From Candidatus Bathyarchaeota archaeon (GTDB lineage: Archaea; Thermoproteota; Bathyarchaeia; 40CM-2-53-6; RBG-13-38-9): a stretch of DNA of 64,000 nucleotides. The notes under the pieces were generated by a model. That model did not search any database and was not told where the DNA came from. It saw only the letters and a program-made list of their open reading frames with translations. Within the stretch, counting starts at the first letter, position 1; each line of letters begins with the position of its first letter. Position numbers and translations under genes: made by a program. Location of the stretch: positions 1 through 64,000 of the forward strand of contig CAWECG010000005.1 in NCBI GenBank assembly GCA_963807605.1. The letters are read 5' to 3'. Shown in pieces: positions 60,360-64,000 of the stretch.

Positions 60360-61678
60360 TGCGCAGGAAAACCCACGGCTTTAGTCGTGGGATGAATTGC
60401 GTTTCAGAGTGAGATGCCAGATGTTTAAATTTTGTTCAAAACATGTATTTGTTGATGGTTGAGATGCTTCTAGCCTACAAGTACCGTATATACCCTAAGG
60501 TGGGGCAGGGAAGGCTGATGAAAAGCCACCTGTCCGCATTGTGTGAGCTATACAACACACTTAGGGACCTGAAGATTGGTACTTGGAAACAGGAGCATGT
60601 CAGCCTGAGCAGAACCGACTTGAGGCTGAAGGCGCTAGGGCTTAGACGAGAAGACGAGAATCTTCAGGGAATACATAGTCAGGTTGTCCAGAGCGTTGCT
60701 ACAAGGCTTGCGGAGATCATTCAAGAACTACTTTGAGGGTAGAGCAAGATTTCCCAAAAATAAACATCCAAAGAAGTATCTCTCTCTCACCTATCCACAA
60801 TCAGGCTTCAAACTATGCAACAGTAAACTGTACCTCTCGGGGATAGGGGATGTCCGAATCTTCATGCATAGACTGGTGGAAGGTCAAGTCAAAACTTTGA
60901 CTGTGAAGTACAATGCTGGACAGTGGTATGTGGTATTCGCCTGCAAAATTCCAGATCAGGAGAAGACCCCCATCGAGAAGATTCCTGATGGACGGATCAA
61001 AGGGGGAGACATAGGGCTGATTAAGTTCCTAACGCTTTCAGATGCAACCACAATGGAGCCACCGAGATTTCTGAGAAAGTCTGAGGATAAGATCAAGAGG
61101 CTGCAGCGAGTAATGTCAAGAGCAAAGAAGGGTTCAAGAAATAGGAGAAAGCTGGCTTTGAGACTGGCAAAGCAACACCATCATGTAGCATGTCAGAGAG
61201 CTGATTACCAAAACAAGACGCTAGCAACGCTGTACAAAACCGCTGATATCCTATTCTTGGAAAGACTGGCTGTAGCTAACATGGTAAAGAACCACTGCCT
61301 AGCCAAGAGCCTCCAAGACGCTTCGCCCGGAAGGTTCTTCCGTAAGGCACAATTCAAAGCCAACCTACTCGGTAAATGGTTCATGCCGGTCGACCCATGG
61401 GGTACTACACAATTCTGCCACAACTGCCTATCATGGGTGGCGAAAGACCTGAGCGAGAGAGATCATATGTGTCCGAATTGCGGTGAGTCGATTCCAAGAG
61501 ACGAGAATTCAGCTAAACTAATCAAGAAGATTGGTCTGTCAGGCTTCAAACCCGACTATGCCCACGGACGGTGGGTGAATACGCCCGTAGAGTCTAAGCC
61601 TCTGCCATCCCTAAGGGGAATGGTAAGCAAAGATGTTGAAGCGGGAAGCCCACGGCTTTAACCGTGAGAGGATGTCAC
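60360..61678 (+). mobile_element. IS200/IS605-family tnpB-only (IS1341-type) element
   Basis: Left hairpin CCCACGGCTTTAGTCGTGGG (about 60372-60391) and right end GAAGCCCACGGCTTTAACCGTGAGAGGATGTCAC. Confidence 0.88.
60443..61661 (+). pseudogene. tnpB: TnpB RNA-guided nuclease, frameshifted near 60710
   Basis: AYKYRIYP...HSQVVQ in one frame. RSFKNYF...FPK, GGDIGL, FLERL, CHNC/CPNC and RDENSA follow in the next frame. Confidence 0.88.
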
Positions 61679-61689
61679 AGGCCCAAATC

Positions 61690-62448
61690 TTGAGAGCCCT
61701 GATTCTGGCGGGAGGCTATGCAAAAAGGATGTGGCCTCTCACGAGGGACATCCCAAAAACCCTGCTTACTATTGACGGCCGACCTGCGATAGACTACCTC
61801 GTAGAGCGGCTAGTCGAAGCCAAGATGACTCGCATAGTTGTGTCTACAAATCTGAAATTCAAACCTCAATTCGAGGCTTGGCTCCAAGGTAGACAAGACA
61901 GCAACGTTGAGATCGTGGCAGAGAGTTCAACAAGGGAGGAAGAGAAACTTGGTGCAGTCAAAGCACTAGCGGAACTCGGTCCAGGACTGGAATCTGATGA
62001 CTATTTGATAATAGCTGGCGACAACATATTCAATACTAGATTGAATGGCATAATCAACTTCTACAAACGGAAGAGAGCTTCTGTAGTGGCCATCATAAAG
62101 GCTAACAACGAGGACGAGGTCAAACTAGGCTCTTCAGTCCTGCTCGCTAATGACATGAGGATAACCAGTTTTGAGGAAAAACCATCCCAACCTAGAAGTA
62201 TGCTTATTGGCGCGTGTATCTACCTCATGTCTAAGGACACCATTTTGAGATCCATCGAATATTTGAGTCAAGGTGGAAGAACAGATGAACCTGGCAACTT
62301 CGTAGCTTGGTTATGTAAAAAGGAGCCTGTATACGGATATGTGCTACAAGGGCGTCTCTGGGACATCGGCACGATCGAAAGCTACGAGCGACTCAAACAG
62401 GAATTCGCTGGCCCAGAAGTGAATTCATCTACGAAAACAACCATATGA
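61690..62448 (+). CDS. Sugar-phosphate nucleotidyltransferase (HddC/NTP_transferase-like); TTG start just after the IS end
   Basis: ALILAGGYAKRMWPLT, PKTLL, EEKLG, AGDN, FEEKP, WDIGT. Confidence 0.88.
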   Translation: MRALILAGGYAKRMWPLTRDIPKTLLTIDGRPAIDYLVERLVEAKMTRIVVSTNLKFKPQFEAWLQGRQDSNVEIVAESSTREEEKLGAVKALAELGPGLESDDYLIIAGDNIFNTRLNGIINFYKRKRASVVAIIKANNEDEVKLGSSVLLANDMRITSFEEKPSQPRSMLIGACIYLMSKDTILRSIEYLSQGGRTDEPGNFVAWLCKKEPVYGYVLQGRLWDIGTIESYERLKQEFAGPEVNSSTKTTI

Positions 62449-62660
62449 AACAATCCAAAGAATGACATAAAGGGCTTCATTGATCCTCGAATATTCTCAA
62501 CCTGCCATCTCTGCAATTGCACGCCTATGTGAAGTTTCTATTTAGTTCCTTCTCCTCGCCGGGATATCGTAAGGGCATGCACCTATTCGCCCACAGGTGG
62601 AGCATTATGGCTTCGCATCCAGGAGAGAAAGACAGAAGAGAGGCCTTCACATAGGCGCGC

Positions 62661-63158
62661 CTACTTTTCAAAGCTCGGATTTTTCAACCAGTCCCGGAGC
62701 ATCCTCTTGTAGTTAGCACCGATAGGTTTGATCCTGTCGATATTGTCGGCTTCAAACCATGTATATCGTGAAAGTTCAGGCGTCGGTGTAGGATTTCCAG
62801 ATCTCCATTCTGCGGCTATACAAATTGCTATGTCATGGCGAGAAGGCAATCTTACAGGGTATAACCCCACAAAATAGGGCTTGTGAATTTTCAGTCCACT
62901 TTCTCTGCATTGACGTATTGCGGTCTGGCTGAATGATTCTCCACGAGTAATTCTTCCTCCAATCAAAGCCCAGACATTCTTGTACGGCTGGATTGTTCGC
63001 CAGCCCATCAGAAATCTATGCTCAGTCCAGACTATTGTGTCAACACATGGAATTGGCATCTTTCCAGTAACTTCACGCCAACAATCCTCACTTATCAGAC
63101 ATGATCTTTGAGGCGGCATATCCATGTCACATATGGAGATCAGAATGAGTAGAATCAT
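62661..63158 (-). CDS. NUDIX hydrolase (GDP-mannose mannosyl hydrolase-like)
   Basis: MPIPCVD, WALIGGRITRGESFSQTAIRQCRESG. Confidence 0.75.
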   Translation of the reverse strand: MILLILISICDMDMPPQRSCLISEDCWREVTGKMPIPCVDTIVWTEHRFLMGWRTIQPYKNVWALIGGRITRGESFSQTAIRQCRESGLKIHKPYFVGLYPVRLPSRHDIAICIAAEWRSGNPTPTPELSRYTWFEADNIDRIKPIGANYKRMLRDWLKNPSFEK

Positions 63159-63507
63159 TCACTAAAAGACGCATAAGAGACTTTCTTCAAAATCAACTGA
63201 TTCATCGCCAACTTTGGCCAGTAGTAGTCAGCCAGCGTAACAATTTGTATGCAAAACACACGCTTAGCCAGCATGTACTGCTATCTCGTATAGCATGTTA
63301 GCGACCCCCCTCATATGCGCATTACCTGTTCAAATGTTCATTAAAATAGGCACTAGAACAAGCACTGTTTCCTGAGTATTGACTACTAAACCTTCAATAT
63401 TACTCAATAACAATAGTATATTCTGACCAGTTCTGGGCAACTACTGTTTTTGTACATTTGAACAGAACTGTGAACATTTGAACGCTAGTCTGAACGAAGT
63501 GAACAGA

Positions 63508-63687
63508 ATGCGTCCTCCAGTACCTGAAGCCACCAGAAGAGCGGTCGTTGGCTTATGGCTTAAACTGGTCGCCTTCGGAGAAATAGCCGCAAGTACGGGT
63601 GTCAGCTTCAGCACAGTCTCAAACATTATAGAAGAAGAAAAGAAGAGAGCTCCTGATCTTGGGAGCCTGAGGCAAGTAATGGTCTGA
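63508..63687 (+). other. Short HTH-like ORF or fragment
   Basis: VVGLWL...EIAASTGVSFSTVSNIIEE has an HTH pattern; probably truncated. Confidence 0.4.
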
Positions 63688-64000
63688 TTACATGCTTACG
63701 AAGGTGTTTTCGCCGATTATCAGTCTGTATCCCTTGGGCAGGTCGACATCATTCGAGACGATCCTAGAACCTCTGCCTACCAAGCTATCAACTATTCTCT
63801 TGTTGCATTCGATAGTCGTATCGTTAAGAATTATTGAGTTCTCAACCTCGCCGCCCTTGATCGTTACTTTGTCTCCGATGGATGTGTAAGGCCCCACGTA
63901 TGTTCCCGGCCCAATCTCACAACCTGCACCGATTATGAGTGGCCCCCTCAGAACGCTCTTTGACTTAATCACGGTGCCCTCCGCAATGGCTATCTTTCCC
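63688..64000 (-). CDS. Glucose-1-phosphate thymidylyltransferase (long form), C-terminal part; runs off the window
   Basis: RGPLIIG, IGPGTYVGPYTSIG, EVENSIIL, RIVDSLVG, RLIIGENT. Confidence 0.85.
   Translation of the reverse strand, partial: GKIAIAEGTVIKSKSVLRGPLIIGAGCEIGPGTYVGPYTSIGDKVTIKGGEVENSIILNDTTIECNKRIVDSLVGRGSRIVSNDVDLPKGYRLIIGENTFVSM

Noticed and set aside
60700-60736. Programmed frameshift in tnpB
   Set aside because: No slippery sequence at the switch; a simple indel is more likely.

Overview
The window appears to join two unrelated pieces of DNA at about 6.2 kb. Bases 1-6.2 kb are GC-richer bacterial sequence of Fibrobacterota/Chitinivibrionia type: glgE, a decayed glycoside hydrolase, a TIGR02147 gene with a DUF2341/LamG lipoprotein, and a BSP-type metallopeptidase. 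Bases 6.25-64 kb look like an archaeal (probably Bathyarchaeia-like, inferred) surface-glycosylation island. It encodes AglH, many GT2/GT4 enzymes, four GT-C membrane transferases, WsaE/WsaF-like glycan polymerases, nucleotide-sugar enzymes and a GDP-heptose-type module (HddA kinase carrying a 402-aa LAGLIDADG intein, GmhA, GmhB, transaldolase, nucleotidyltransferase). It also holds IS481, IS110, IS5/IS1182-like and TnpB elements and many gene fragments. The most striking unexplained signal is a short palindrome, AGCGCGCGCT and decayed variants. It sits repeatedly and exactly at junctions of tandem duplications, deletions and gene truncations between 24 and 43 kb, and it is also the insertion site of the intact IS. 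This suggests an undescribed break-repair, scar-forming or motif-targeted rearrangement process. Other highlights are a perfect 4 x 63-bp expansion of a coiled-coil 'ruler' in a methyltransferase-GT2-GT2 protein and a UDP-glucose dehydrogenase homolog lacking its catalytic Cys. All family assignments come from motif recognition by eye; no searches were run.
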